Assembly: GCF_009914755.1 (NCBI RefSeq)
Contig: NC_060928.1
Reading direction: 5' to 3' (one strand)
Source: the human T2T-CHM13v2.0 reference genome, Homo sapiens
DNA: 64,000 nt
The notes beneath the pieces are model-generated. The model was not told where the DNA came from. It saw nothing but the letters and a program-made list of their open reading frames with translations, and did no database searches. Within the stretch, counting starts at the first letter, position 1; every line of letters starts with the position of its first letter. Below are positions 43,883 through 60,590 of this stretch, in pieces. Position numbers and translations under genes: made by a program.

Positions 43883-45224
43883 GAGGGACATCAGAAAGAT
43901 GGGGGAATATGAAGCATTTTATCTTCCTCCTCCCCATAGACAGACAAATTCAACAATAACAATACATGGACCAATTCCCTGTATGAGAAGTCCAGAAACG
44001 AACTGAGGGGCTCCTAAACCACAGGCAAGAGCAACACGAGCCTAACTGAAGATGGTGGAAAAATTCAAGGTTCCTCCTCTCAACCACATGATCAACAACA
44101 ACAATAACAAAACCAGTTCCCAATTTTCTACCTGGGGAGATAAGAAAAGGACTGGACCATACTTCAAAAGTTATGACTTTTCTGGGTGCTGCCCAAGGTT
44201 TATTTCTGCCTGGCTGAATCTGAATGCTGTCAGGAAAGGTCCCCAGTTGGAAGCCACTGAGAACAAAAGCAGCAGGTTGGACTTGCATGCACATACTTTC
44301 CATATGCCCTCCCTCTGGCTCAGTCCTGAGTCAGTGGGGCAAAACCCTCAAATCCCAACTTCTCCCTGGAGAGAGAAAGAGTTGAATTGTTCATTCATCA
44401 TTCCAAATTTTCCAGGGACTGCCTGAGGGATGGTTTTTGTTGTTGTTGTTGTTGTTGTTTGTTTGTTTGTTTGTTTGTTTTTCTCACCTGTCTCAGAATA
44501 CCCACAGGACCCAGTATACTCTAGGTGCCTTAGGAAGGACTGTTGAGAACAACCACAGAAAAAGAGCTTGGGGCGTGCTGCTGCCCCAGAAGACCCATAC
44601 AGCAAAGAACACCAGAGGGAGCAAGAGATTACAAACGCCGGAAGGAAAAAAAAAAAGCTGGCAAATCCAGCTAATTTGGATAACACAACTTCAGATAAAA
44701 TGCATACAGAGACATTTGAGAGGCCCCCAGTATCTCTGGCTGGGCTGACTGGTGAGGGTCTTCTCCCATACAAGGCCAGTCTGTGAAGACTGGTAGGGAT
44801 GTCTATTTTTCCTAATATGCAGATGCCAACACAAAAAGTCAAGGAAAACGAAGAAACAAGAAAATACAGCCAGAACAAAGGAACAATATATAAAGCATCA
44901 GAAACCAACTCTAATAAAACAGAGATGTATGATTTATCTAACAGATAATTCAAATTAACCATATAAATATCCTCAATGAGCTCAGGAGAAAAATGTATAA
45001 GCAAAATGAGAATTTCAACGTAGAGCTAGAAAGTATTTTTAAAGTGCTAAACAGAAATCTTTGAGTAAAAGAATACAGTAACTACACTGAAAAATTCACT
45101 AGAAGGATTCACTAGAAGACTAGATGAAGGAGAACAAAGAATCAGTAAACTCAAAAAACATTGAAAAGACAACCTATGGAGTGGAAGAAAATATTTGCAA
45201 ACTATATATCTGATAAGGGGTTAA
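43883..45224 (+). mobile_element. Old L1M (L1MA/MB-era) 5'UTR and ORF1 start, fused to a 64-bp ORF2 3' fragment
   Basis: GACATCAGAAAGATGG 5' end; ORF1 coiled-coil remnants; then AAAAGACAACCTATGGAGTGGAAGAAAATATTTGCAAAC...TGATAAGGGGTTAA at 45161-45224; (TTG)/(TTTG) microsatellite 44437-44480. Confidence 0.75.
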
Positions 45225-46289
45225 GAGATTTTCTACAAATTATATTATGTAACCTATAAACAGAGACAATTTTACTTCTTCCTTTCTGATTTGGATGCCT
45301 CTTTTTTTCCTGCCTAATTTCTCTGGCTCAGATTTCCAATATTATGTTGAATAGAAGTAACAAGAGAGGACATAATTGCTTCTTTCATGATCTTAGAGGA
45401 AAAGCTTTCAGTTTTTCATTAATGAGTAGCTGTGAGCCTTTTACTTCTGCCCTGTTTTATGTATTGGTATTTTTTTTCTATTCCCTAGTTTGTTGAGTTT
45501 TTTAAATCATTAAACAGTATTGATTTATATTAAATGCATTTCTGCATCTGCTGAGATGGTCTTGTGGTTTCTATCCTTTGTTCTGTTCATGTATTTTATC
45601 ACATTGATTGATTTTCATATGCTGAACCATCCTTATGTCACAGGCATTAATACCATTTGACATGGTGTATTTTATTTCTTGGTTTGCTAGTATTTTATGG
45701 GGATTTGGTCATCTTATGGTGTCTTTGTATGAGTTTGATATCAGGGTAATGTTGGCCTCATGAGGTTGGGAGTGTTCCCTCCTCTTCAACTTTTTGGAAA
45801 AGTTATAGAAGGATCAGCATTAATTATTTTTTAAATGTTTGGTAGAATTCACTAATGAAGCCATTTGATTTTGGGGCTTTTCTTTGTAGGGAATTTTTGA
45901 TTACTGATTCAATCACTTACCAGTTATAGATATGTTCAGAATTTCTGTTTCTTCATGATTCAATCATGATAGATGGTAAGAGTCTAGAAATTTATCTATT
46001 TCTTCTAGGTTATTCAGTGTGTTGGCATATAACTATTCATAGTGGTCTCTTATAATCCTTTTTATTTCTGTGGTATTAATAGTAATGTCTCCTCTTCATT
46101 TCTGATTTTATTTACTTGAGTCTTCTTTTTTCTTAATTAGCCCAAAGAATTGTCAATCTTCGTCTTTTTTACCAACTTAAGTTTCATTCATTTTTTCTAT
46201 TGTTTTACTATTCTGTATTTCATTTTTGCTCTAATCTTCATTGTTTTCTTCCTTCTGCCAACTTTCTATTTAGTTTGTCCCTTTCTAGA

Positions 46290-46834
46290 TTTTTTAAACT
46301 TTTATTTTAGGTTTGGGGTACATGTGAATGTTTGTTACATAGGTAAACACCTGTCATGGGGGGTTTGTTGTACAGACTATTTATCACCCAGGTGTTAAGC
46401 CAAGAACCCAATGGTTATCTTTTCTATTCCTCTCCCTCCTCCAGAACTCCCTCCTCAAGGAGACACCAGTGTCTGTTGTTTCCTTCTTTGTGTTCATAAG
46501 TTCTTATCATTTAGCTCCCACTTATAAGTGAGAACATGCAGTAGTTTTCTGTTACTGCATTAGTTTGCTAAGGATAATAGCTTCCAACTCCATCCATGTT
46601 CCCATAAAAGACATGATCTCGCTCTTTTTTATGGCTGCATAGTATTCCATGGTGTATATGTACCACATTTTGTTTACCCAATCTGTAATTGATGGGCATT
46701 TAGGTTGATTCTATGTATTTGCTATTGTGAATAGTGCTGCAATGAACATTCATGTACATGTGTCTTTATGGGAGAATGACTTATATTCCTCTGGGTATAT
46801 ACCCAGTAATGGGATTGCTAGGTCAAATGGTAAT
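46290..46834 (-). mobile_element. L1PB/L1PA16-type 3' end fragment
   Basis: TTTTTAAACTTTTATTTTAGGTTTGGGGTACATGTG...CCCACTTATAAGTGAGAACATGCAG...ACCCAGTAATGGGATTGCTAGGTCAAATGG. Confidence 0.88.
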
Positions 46835-49800
46835 AAAGTGTAAAATTAGATTGTGTACTTGAGATCTTTGTTCTCTTTCAGTGTAGGCATTTATAACTCA
46901 GTACTGCTTTTGCTGCACTCCATGTTTTGTTATGCTGTGTTTTCATTTATATCTCGATATATTTCTAATTAATCTTAGAAATTACACTTTGACCATTAGT
47001 TTTCAAGGTTGTATTGTTTAATTTACACAAATTTTTGAATTTTCCAGTTTTCCTTTTTCTATTAATTTCTAGTTTCATTCCATTGCATTGAGTAAAGGCA
47101 CTTGGTGTTACATAAATGCTTTTAAATTTGTTAAGACTTGTATTTTGACCTAACACAATCAATTCTTGAGAATGTTCCCTGTACTCTTGAGGAGAAAGTG
47201 TATTCTCCTGCTGTTGGGTTGGTCTCTATTGTTGTTGAAGTCTTTTGTTTCCTTATTAATCTTCTCTCTGGATGTTCTATCCATGATTGAAAATGGGAAA
47301 TCTCCTACTACAATTGTGTTGCTATTTTTCCTTTCAGCTCTAGCAATGTTTGCTTCATATATTTGGGTATTCTAATGTTGGGTGCATACACATTTATAAT
47401 TGTTATAAATTCTTGGTGATTTGACTTTTTGTCATTGTATAATGTCCATCTTTGTTATTTATAGTTTTTAATTTAGTTTATTTTTTCTGATATAAGTACA
47501 GATACCCTGCACTCCTTTGGTTACCATTTCCTTGGAATATTTTTTCCATCCTTCCAATTTCAGCCTCTGTGTGTTCTTATATCTGTAGTAAGTCTCTTGT
47601 AGACAGTATATGGTTGGATCTTATTTTTTATCTACTCAGGCACTCTATGGCTTTTGACTGAGGAATGTAATCAATTTATACTCAAAGTAATTACTGATAG
47701 GGAAGTACTTAACACCGCCATTTTGTCTAGTATTTAGTGTATGTCTCGTAGCTTTTTCATCCTTCTTTTCCTTTCTTGTCTTCTTTTGCAGGGATTTTTT
47801 GTGAGTAATGACATATTTTGATTTATTTCTCATTTTCTTTTGTGTATCTTCAATAAAAATTTTCTTTATGATTATCAGATTTAAATAAAATACCTTATAG
47901 TTATAACAATCTACTTTGTGCTGATAAAAAGTTAACCTCACTTGCATACAAAACTTTACTTTTTTACTTCTATTCCTCCACACATTTTGTGTTATTGATG
48001 TCACAATTATATCTTTTTATATTGTATATCCATTAAAATATTTTCATAATTAGTTTTCTAAATAATTTTGTCTTTTAACTGCTACACCAGAATTAAAAGT
48101 GCTTAATGCACCACTATTTCAGAATTATTCTGTGTTTATCTATATATTTACCTTTACCAGTAAGCTTTGTACTTTTATATCTTTTTGTGTTGATGTCCAG
48201 CATCCTTCTGTTTCAATTCAAAGGACTCTCATAGCATTTCTTATAAGGCGGGTCTAGAGCAGTGATAAACTCTCTGAACTTTTGTTTGCCTGGTAACATC
48301 TTTATCTCTCCTTCATTTATGAAGGACCATTTCATGCAGTATAACATTCTTGGTTGGCAGTTTTTTCTTCAGCACTTTGAATGTCTTAGTCTACTCCCTC
48401 CTGGCCTACATTGTGTTGGCTGAGGAATTTGCTAATGGTCTTACGAAGGATACCTTGCATGTGATGATCCACTTTTATCTTGCTGCTTTCAGAATTCCCT
48501 CTTTGTCTTTGACTTTTGGCAATTTGATTATAATGTGTCTCAGTGTAGACTTCTTTAGGTTTATCCTAGTTGAAATGCACTGGGATCCAGAATCTGGACA
48601 TCTATCTTCATCCCCAGATTTGAAAGGTTTTTAGTCATTATTTCTTCAAATAGGTTTTCTTCCTTTTTCTCTCTCTCTTCTTTTTCTATAACTCCAATAA
48701 TATATATAGGTCTATTTGATGTTTGTCTCATAGGTACCTTAGGCTTTCCTTACTCTTTTTATTCCTTTTTTCTTTTTCCTCCTCTGACTAAATACTTTCA
48801 AATGATCTGCCTTCAAGATAGGTGATTCTTTCTTCTGCTCAATCAAGTCTGCTGTTGATCCCCTCTAGTTCATTTTTTAGTACAGTTATTACATTATTTG
48901 GCCCCAAGATTTCTGCTTGGCTCTTTTCTGTATTTTCCATCTGTATGCTGATACTCTCATTTTGTTCCTGCCTCATTGAGCAACTTTAACATGGTATTTT
49001 GAATTATTTGTCAGGTAATATATATATACCTCCATTTCTTTCAGGTGACTTTCTAGAGATTTATGCTGTTTCTTTGATTACACATTTCCCTGTTTCTTCA
49101 TGTGCTTTGTAACTTTGAGTTGGGATCTGTGTATCTGAAAAAAAAAAGCCACTTTTTCAGTGCTTATGGGTTGCTTTTGTACAAAGAAAGACTTTTTCCA
49201 GTCATCCTGGCTAGAGATTCTGAAAGCTTCTCAAACCCTTTCTGCGTATGTAATCTTCTCTGGATTTTTGCATGTAAATTCCCAATTGGAGGGATTTGCC
49301 AGTTTCTTTTTTCAGGGGCTCATAATCTCTTGCTCATTCTCATGTCTGTGTGGGGTTTTGTAAGTTCTCTAACCTGCTACAAGCTGCCCAATCTCTTTTT
49401 GGTCTCAGAAGCCTGTAGGCTTCTAGAATATGTCAGGTTCCATCAGTAATCTGGAGATAGGTGAGACAGAAACTAGTACCTCAGGAAGTCTCCTGAAAAG
49501 TCAGAACATTGGAAGCACTCTTTTTTTTGTTCTTAAAGCAGCCAGGCGTTGGAATTTGCTCCAGCTCATTTCATGCTAAGTGGAGTGAAGAATTATGGCA
49601 AGTGTATAGTAGTCCAAACCATTGCCTTAGTTCTCAGAAGCCTTAGTCTGATGCTCTTTCTTGTCAGCATTTAGATTCAGGCAAGACAGAAACCAGTCCT
49701 ATGGGTAGCCACCTAAAATGTCTAATCCTTGAATGTATGTTTAAGTCTTCTTTTTCCCTCCCCAGAAAGAAGCCAGGAGATGAATGCTTTTCTCCTGATT

Positions 49801-50289
49801 GTGCCACACTGAGCCAGGGGAGGAACTATGGCCAATGAGTATGTGTTAATTCATTCTCGCATTGCTATAAAGAAATATCTGTAATTTATAAAGAAAAGTG
49901 ATTCAATTGTCTCACACTTCTGCAGGCTGTACAGGAAGCATAATACTGGCATCTGATTGGTGATTGGAAGCCTAAGGAAACTAACAATCATGGCAGAAGG
50001 CAAAGGAGGAGCAGACACAGTCATATGGCCTGAGCAGGAGCAAGAGAGAGAGCTAGAGGACAAGTACTACACTTCTTAAAGAAGCAGATCTCAGGGTGGA
50101 GCCAAGATGGCTGAATAGGAACAGCTCCGGTCTACAGCTCCCAGCGTGAGCGACACAGAAGATGGGTGATTTCTGCATTTCCAACTGAGGTACCGGGTTC
50201 ATCTCACTAGGGAGTGCCAGACAGTGGGTGCAGGACAGTGGGTGCAGCGCACCGTGCGTGAGCCAAAGCAGGGCGAGGCATTGCCTCAC

Positions 50290-50544
50290 TCAGGAAGTGC
50301 AAGGGGTCAGGGAGTTCCCTTTCCTAGTCGAAGAAAGGGGTGACAGATGGCACCTGGAAAATCGGGTCATTCCCACCCTAATACTGTGTTTTTCTGACGG
50401 GCTTAAAAAATGGCACGCCAGGAGATTATATCCTGCACCTGGCTCAGAGGGTCCTACGCCCACGGAGTCTCGCTGATTGCTAGCACAGCAGTCTGAGATC
50501 AAACTGCAAGGCAGCAGTGAGGCTGGGGGAGGGGCGCCTGCCAT
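50290..50544 (-). CDS. ORF0: LINE-1 antisense ORF0, 84 aa (putative)
   Basis: ATG at 50544 gives MAGAPPPASLLPCSLISDCCASNQRDSVGVGPSEPG..., the primate L1 ORF0 sequence, open to a stop at 50290; expression unknown. Confidence 0.6.
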   Translation of the reverse strand: MAGAPPPASLLPCSLISDCCASNQRDSVGVGPSEPGAGYNLLACHFLSPSEKHSIRVGMTRFSRCHLSPLSSTRKGNSLTPCTS

Positions 50545-51137
50545 TGCCCAGGCTTGATTAGGTAAACAAAGCAGCCAGGAAGCTGGAACTGGGTAGAGCC
50601 CACCACAGCTCAAGGAGGCCTGCCTGCCTCTGTAGGCTCCACCTCTGGGGGCAGGGCACAGACAAACAAAAAGACAGCAGTAACCTCTGCAGACTTAAAT
50701 GTCCCTGTCTGACAGCTTTGAAGAGAGTAGTGGTTCTCCCAGCATGCAGCTTGAGATCTGAGAATGGGCAGACTGCCTCCTCAAGTGGGTCCTTGACCCC
50801 CGAGCAGCCTAACTGGGAGGCATCCCCCAGTAGGAGCAGACTGAAACCTCACACGGCCGGGTACTCCTCTGAGACAAAACTTCCAGAGGAACGATCAGGC
50901 AGCAGCATTTGCGGTTCACCAAGATCCGCTGTTCTACAGCCACCGCTGTTATGCAGCCACCGCTGCTGACACCCAGGCAAACAGGGTCTGGAGTGGACCT
51001 CTAGCAAACTCCAACAGACCTGCAGCTAAGAGTCCTGCCTGTTAGAAGAAAAATTAACAAGCAGAAAGGACATCCACACCAAAAACCCTTCTCTACGTCA
51101 CCATCATCAAAAACCAAAAGTAGATAAAACCACAAAG

Positions 51138-52155
51138 ATGGGGAAAAAACAGAGCAGAAAAACTGGAAACTCTAAAAAGCAGAGCACCTCTCCTCCTCCA
51201 AAGGAACGCAGCTCCTCACCAGCAACAGAATAAAGCTGGACGCAGTATGATTTTGACGAGCTGAGAGAAGAAGGCTTCAGATGATCAAACTACTCCGAGC
51301 TACAGGAGGAAATTCAAACCAATGGCAAAGAAGTTAAAAACTGTGAAAAAAAATTAGACAAATGGATAACTGGAATAACCAATGCAGAGAAGTCCTTAAA
51401 GGAGCTGATGGAGCTGAAAGCCAAGACTCGAGAACTACATGAAGAATGCAGAAGCCTCAGGAGCTGATGTGATCAATTGGAAGAAAGGGTATCAGTGATG
51501 GAAGACGAAATGAATGAAATGAAGTGAGAAGGGAAGTTTAGAGAAAAAAGAATAAAAAGAAATGAACAAAGCCTCCAAGAAATATGGGACTATGTGAAAA
51601 GACCAAATCTACATCTGATTGGTGTACCTGAAAGTGACGAGGAGAATGGAACCAAGTTGGAAAACACTCTGCAGGATATTATCCAGGAGAACTTCCCCAA
51701 TCTAGCAAGACAGGCCAACATTCAGATTCAGGAAATACAGAGAACACCACAAAGATACTCCTCGAGAAGAGCAACTCCCAGACACATAATTGTCAGATTC
51801 ACCAAAGTTGAAATGAAGCAAAAAATGTTAAGGGCAGCCAGAGGGAAAGGTTGGGTTACCCACAAAGGGAAGCCCATCAGACTAACAGCAGATCTCTCGG
51901 CAGAAACTCTACAAGCCAGAAGAGAGTGGGGGCCAATATTCAACATTCTTAAAGAAAAGAATTTTCAACCCAGAATTTCATATCCAGCCAAACTAAGCTT
52001 CATAAGTGAAGGAGAAATAAAATACTTTACTCTCTCAGCAAATGCTGAGAGATTTTGTCAACAACAGGCCTGCCCTAAAAAAGCTCCTGAAGGAAGCACT
52101 AAACATGGAAAAGAACAACCGGTACCCGCCACTGCAAAATCATGCCAAACTGTAA
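51138..52155 (+). pseudogene. L1 ORF1p (RNA-binding chaperone), disrupted
   Basis: ATGGGGAAAAAACAGAGC start; KRPNLHLIGVPE...RATPRHIIVRF...YPAKLSF; premature stops (e.g. TAA ~51231, TGA ~51282) and a frameshift ~52030. Confidence 0.93.
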
Positions 52156-52218
52156 AGACCATCAAGGCTAGGAAGAAACTGCATCAACTAACGAGCAAAA
52201 TAACCAGCTAACATCATA

Positions 52219-56049
<3,831 letters not shown>

Positions 56050-57214
56050 ACAGTGAGAACACATGGACACAGGAAGGGGAACACCACACACCAGGGACTG
56101 TTGTGGTGTGGGGGGAGGGGGGAGGGATAGCATTAGGAGATATACCTAATGCTAAATGACGAGTTAATGGGTGCAGCACACCAACATGGCACATGTATAC
56201 ATATGTAACAAACCTGCACATTGTGCACATGTACCCTAAAACTTAAAGTATAATAATAATAATAATAATAAAAGAAGCAGATCTCACAAGAACTCATTCA
56301 CTATCACAAGAGCAGCACAAGCAGATGGTGCTAAACCACTCATGAGAAATCCACCCTCATGATCCAATCACCTGCCACCAGGCCCCACCTCCAACATGGG
56401 GATTACAATTCAACGTGAGATATGGCAAGGACACAGATCCAAACCATATGAGAGTGCCACAGATTTTTTTCTACTGTATTTAATGCAGCTGGTTTTGCAT
56501 TCATCTGGAGTGCAGGAGCTGCTTAACTTGTTTCTAGATTTCTCACAATTGGTTCATCAGTGCCTCTGTTGTTATGTCATTGCCTCTGTAGTGGAAGGAG
56601 GTTCTGGGGCTTCCTAATTTACCATTTTGGTGGTGTCACCCAGAAACTTCCTTTTAATTACAAATCCAGTAAGGCTTACATTTCCTGAAAGTCTTTGGAA
56701 AAGTATTGTAATGTAGCTGTTTCAATTATAATTCTTCTTAATAAAAAGCAGAGGAAAATAATTAAGGCTGCCTAAATTTCCATGACTTGTAAAGAGAGGA
56801 TCACAATACAATTAAAATATTTTTCTACATTTAATTTATATGCACTTTTTAATCTAAATTAAGACTATTTGAGTGTTATCTTTATGAGGGTAAATGCAGA
56901 AAATTAAATAAATGTAACAAATGTCAGTTTTATAGTCACATTTTATTATATCCACATAAATTTATATATATGCATTACACATAAATACATATTTACACAG
57001 ATGTATGCACTTATGTAGATATATACACACATATATAAATGATATTTCTGTATATATGTGTAGACGCACACACTAAGCAATAAAGCTACTCTTTTCTTTT
57101 GAGAATAGCCAAAATTTTTTTGAAAAGAAAAATACAATCCTATATGAATATTGTCTTTCAGAAATAAATGAAATATGTTAAGTGTTTACTATATAATAAA
57201 AAAGGATTGTCTTT

Positions 57215-57527
57215 TTGTTTTGTTTTGCTTTGTTTTATAGAGATGAGGTTTCCCTGTGCCATCCAGGCTAGAGTACAGTGGTACCACCATAGCTCACTAT
57301 AGCCTTGACCTCCTGGGCTTAAGCAGTCCTCCTGCCTCAGCCTCCCAACTAGCTAGGACTACAAGTGTGTACCACTATGCCTGGCTAACTTTTTTATTTT
57401 TTAATTTTTTACAGATGCGGTCTTACTAAGTTGCCCAGGCTGGTCTTGAACTCCTGGCCTCAAGCAATCCTCCCACCTCAGCCTCTTACAGGTCTGAGAT
57501 TACAGGTGTGAGGCACTGTGCTTGGCC
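57215..57527 (-). mobile_element. AluJ SINE
   Basis: CATAGCTCACTATAGCCTTGACCTCCTGGGCTTAAGC...CTCAAGCAATCCTCCCACCTCAGCC; TSD AAAAAAGGATTGTCTTT / AAAAAAGGGTTATCTTT. Confidence 0.93.
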
Positions 57528-58872
57528 AAAAAAGGGTTATCTTTGATAAATATAAGAAAAACATTGATAGGTCATCACCTAGATGACATCCAGTTATCAA
57601 ATTCTAGGGGTTTGATATATTGTCTGATATTATCTAAGAAAGACCAAAGCCCAGAAAACTTTTCTTTATTGAAAGATAGAAGTATCAACATTTTTAGTTG
57701 TTGTTTTGTTATGTTATGACATAGAAAAGTACATACAATGTTAATATAAAATATCTTGGGTTTTCAGAAATATATTTGTTAGAACTCTTTTATTAACAAG
57801 TAACAAAACTAGTTTCTTTTTTTACTTATAACACTAGCCAGGCAGTACCTAGACTACACACATATTAATATATACATGCTCAATAGTTATTAAGGTGTTT
57901 CTTACTAGTAATTTTCACCAATCCAGGAACATAAATGGCATTGAATTCACAATAATAACACTGGATGTTGGAAAAAAATGATACAATGTATTACAGTTGA
58001 GAGGAAAAATCAAATGTCTCAAAAATTTAACTTTTCAGGCACTTTTTCTGAGGAAGCCACTGAAAAGTATACCATGCTAAAATGAAGTCATAAAGGAAGA
58101 CAGAGACCAGGAATCCAGGAAACAGAAGACCCAACAGAGGAAAGTGGTAAAAGAAATTTGTACAAACTTGTCAAAAAGAAGTCCCAAGTTGAGAGTCGTG
58201 CAGGAAGCCTACACTGAAAACCATCATGTCACAGAAAGATGCAAGTTTCCTAAAAGGATGCGTTTATTAAAAAATAAATAAAAGCAGTGATACCGTTACT
58301 AGCAGATTATCTGAAAAATTTTACTGCTTTCAAAATTACATTCAGAGATATTTTCTAGAGCTGTTAGAAGGGGCAGAAAGAAGAGTTGTTGATTTAAAGA
58401 AAACCAGGTCAATGGTGGAGGGGAGGCAATTATCAAATTCAAAGAGAAAAGATCTGACTGGAAACTAATCATGCTACAATGCTTGAGTTCAGCAGTAGAG
58501 AAAAAATAAACTACATGTACACACACATTTATAAGGGAAACACTGAAAACTGGTTTAACCAAAAACCGTAACATTAACTATATTAGAATAGAAAAAAGAT
58601 AGAGAAAATTCTCATCTACTATAACAAGAAGTTAACAGACAGTGTCTAAAAATTTTAAAAGAAACATGAGAATAGTTTGCACATATTTAAAAACAGAGAA
58701 GTAAATTCCAAAAAGAAAAATTTTTACGTTGAAAAATGTAAAGTAATAGTCCTTGAGAATGGTAAGTTGGGAGATGAAGGAGGACATTGGCAAAAGAATA
58801 CAAAGAAATTTTGAGATTCTGAGAAGATAAGTGAGGTGATCATATATTCTGGTTTCTCCAGAACAGGATTAG

Positions 58873-59193
58873 TTTTTTTTTTTTCCTTTTTTTCCCTTTT
58901 ATTTATTTATTTATTTATTTTTATTATTATACTTTAAGTTTTAGGGTACATGTACACATTGTGCAGGTTAGTTACATATGTATACATGTGCCATGCTGGT
59001 GCGCTGCACCCACTATCTCGTCATCTAGCATTAGGTATATCTCCCAATGCTATCCCTCCCCCCTCCCCCCACCCCACAACAGTCCCCAGAGTGTGATATT
59101 CCCCTTCCTGTGTCCATGTGATCTCATTGTTCAATTCCCACCTGTGAGTGAGAATATGCGGTGTTTGGTTTTTTGTTCTTGCGATAGTTTACT
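58873..59193 (-). mobile_element. 5'-truncated L1PA2-type 3' end with complex A-tail
   Basis: Minus strand ATTGGGAGATATACCTAATGCTAGATGACGAG...GCAGCGCACCAGCATGG...GTAACTAACCTGCACAATG (L1PA2 diagnostics; GAG rather than the Ta ACA). Confidence 0.92.
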
Positions 59194-59537
59194 TAATCAA
59201 ATAACACTGTTTCCGTATTAAATTAGCTTATTTTTCCATTACACATTTTCTTGTATTTGTATGAAAAGCAAATGATAGCAGTTAATAGGTTGGCTCCATT
59301 AGCAGAAGCAAAACACGAAAAGAACTCGTTTTGCCAGTTTCATATCTGTGTCATCAGATCCTTCAAGTGGAAAATGAGTTAATGCTAATAATCATTTGAT
59401 TTTTTTCATAAAACTTATGGAATCAAAATGAGACTTTAGGAAATCCATTCCATTGAAGAGCAAACATCTGATATTATTATGAGTGCCACTTAAAAAAAGT
59501 GTTTGTTTTTCCAGTAATAACACATATACAAATTTTG

Positions 59538-59687
59538 AGCTGAGCACAGTGGCTCATATCTGTAATCCCTTTTACTCGGGATGCTAAAGTGGAAGGGTCC
59601 CTTGAACCCAGGAGTTTGAGGATCCAGTAAGCTATGATTGTGCCACTGTATTCCAGACTGGGTGACAGAGCAAGACACTGTCTCTAA
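59538..59687 (+). mobile_element. Alu monomer (FRAM/FAM-like)
   Basis: GCACAGTGGCTCATATCTGTAATCCC...CTTGAACCCAGGAGTTTGAG...GCTATGATTGTGCCACTG...GACAGAGCAAGAC; single arm. Confidence 0.85.
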
Positions 59688-60169
59688 TATGTACATATAA
59701 AAATTCTAACGGAGGCCATCATCACAGTAAAAACAATGCTCCTGCTGTATTAAAAACCTATGACATGGAAATGTGCTTAGAACTGATTGTTTTCCACTCA
59801 TCATTTATAACTGCATTTAAATATGTCATGATATTCTACCAGTTAAAAAAAGCAGAACTTTTTTAAATGTACAAATATTTTATGTTTACTACAAAATTTT
59901 GTAATAAAACTAATATAAAAATAAAGCAACAGCAAAAAGAAAAAAAAAAAAGTTTCCAAATGGTGATATGCATTTCCTCTTGGCTACCTCTCACAAAATA
60001 TTTAACCCTTTGGAAACTTTGTTAAATTAAGTTTTAAATGTCTTAAAAAGGCATGGAACTTTTTGTTAGCAAGTGTTTTACATTTTGATTACATCTTGTT
60101 CAGACTCGGGAATTTATAATTAAAGATTAAATGATTAGATGTTTTCCAGGTGTTTGGAGAAAGAGAAGA

Positions 60170-60526
60170 TTTAAATAGGTGAAGTACAAGGAATTTTTTG
60201 GGGGTAGTGAAACTCTGTATGTGGTAGATACATGACACTACATTTGTCAAAACCCTTATAAGGCTGGGCACGGTGGCTCATACCTGTAATCCCAGCACTT
60301 TGGGAGGCTGAGGCAGGCAGTTACTTGCGGTCAGGAGTTCTAGACCAGTGTGGCCAACATGGTGAAACACCTCTTTACTAAAAATACAAAAATTATCCTG
60401 GCGTGGTGGCTCGTGCCTGTAATTCCAGCTACTCAGGAGGCTGAGGCAGAAGAACTGCTTAAGCCCAGGAGGCAGAGGTTGTCATGAGCCGAGTTCATGC
60501 CACTGCACTCCAGCCTGGGCTTTCTC

Positions 60527-60590
<64 letters not shown>

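Noticed and set aside
44348-45004. 218-aa hydrophobic ORF resembling a membrane protein
   Set aside because: Antisense reading of an A-rich L1 5'UTR/ORF1 plus a microsatellite (KQTNKQTTTTTTT); the hydrophobicity is compositional
46290-46834. Idea that this minus-strand L1PB/PA16 3' end is the displaced tail of the L1 at 4316-9248 (large inversion)
   Set aside because: Its flank beyond the A-tail is L1M ORF2, not the expected TSD plus MER58A end, and the host L1M continues colinearly on both sides
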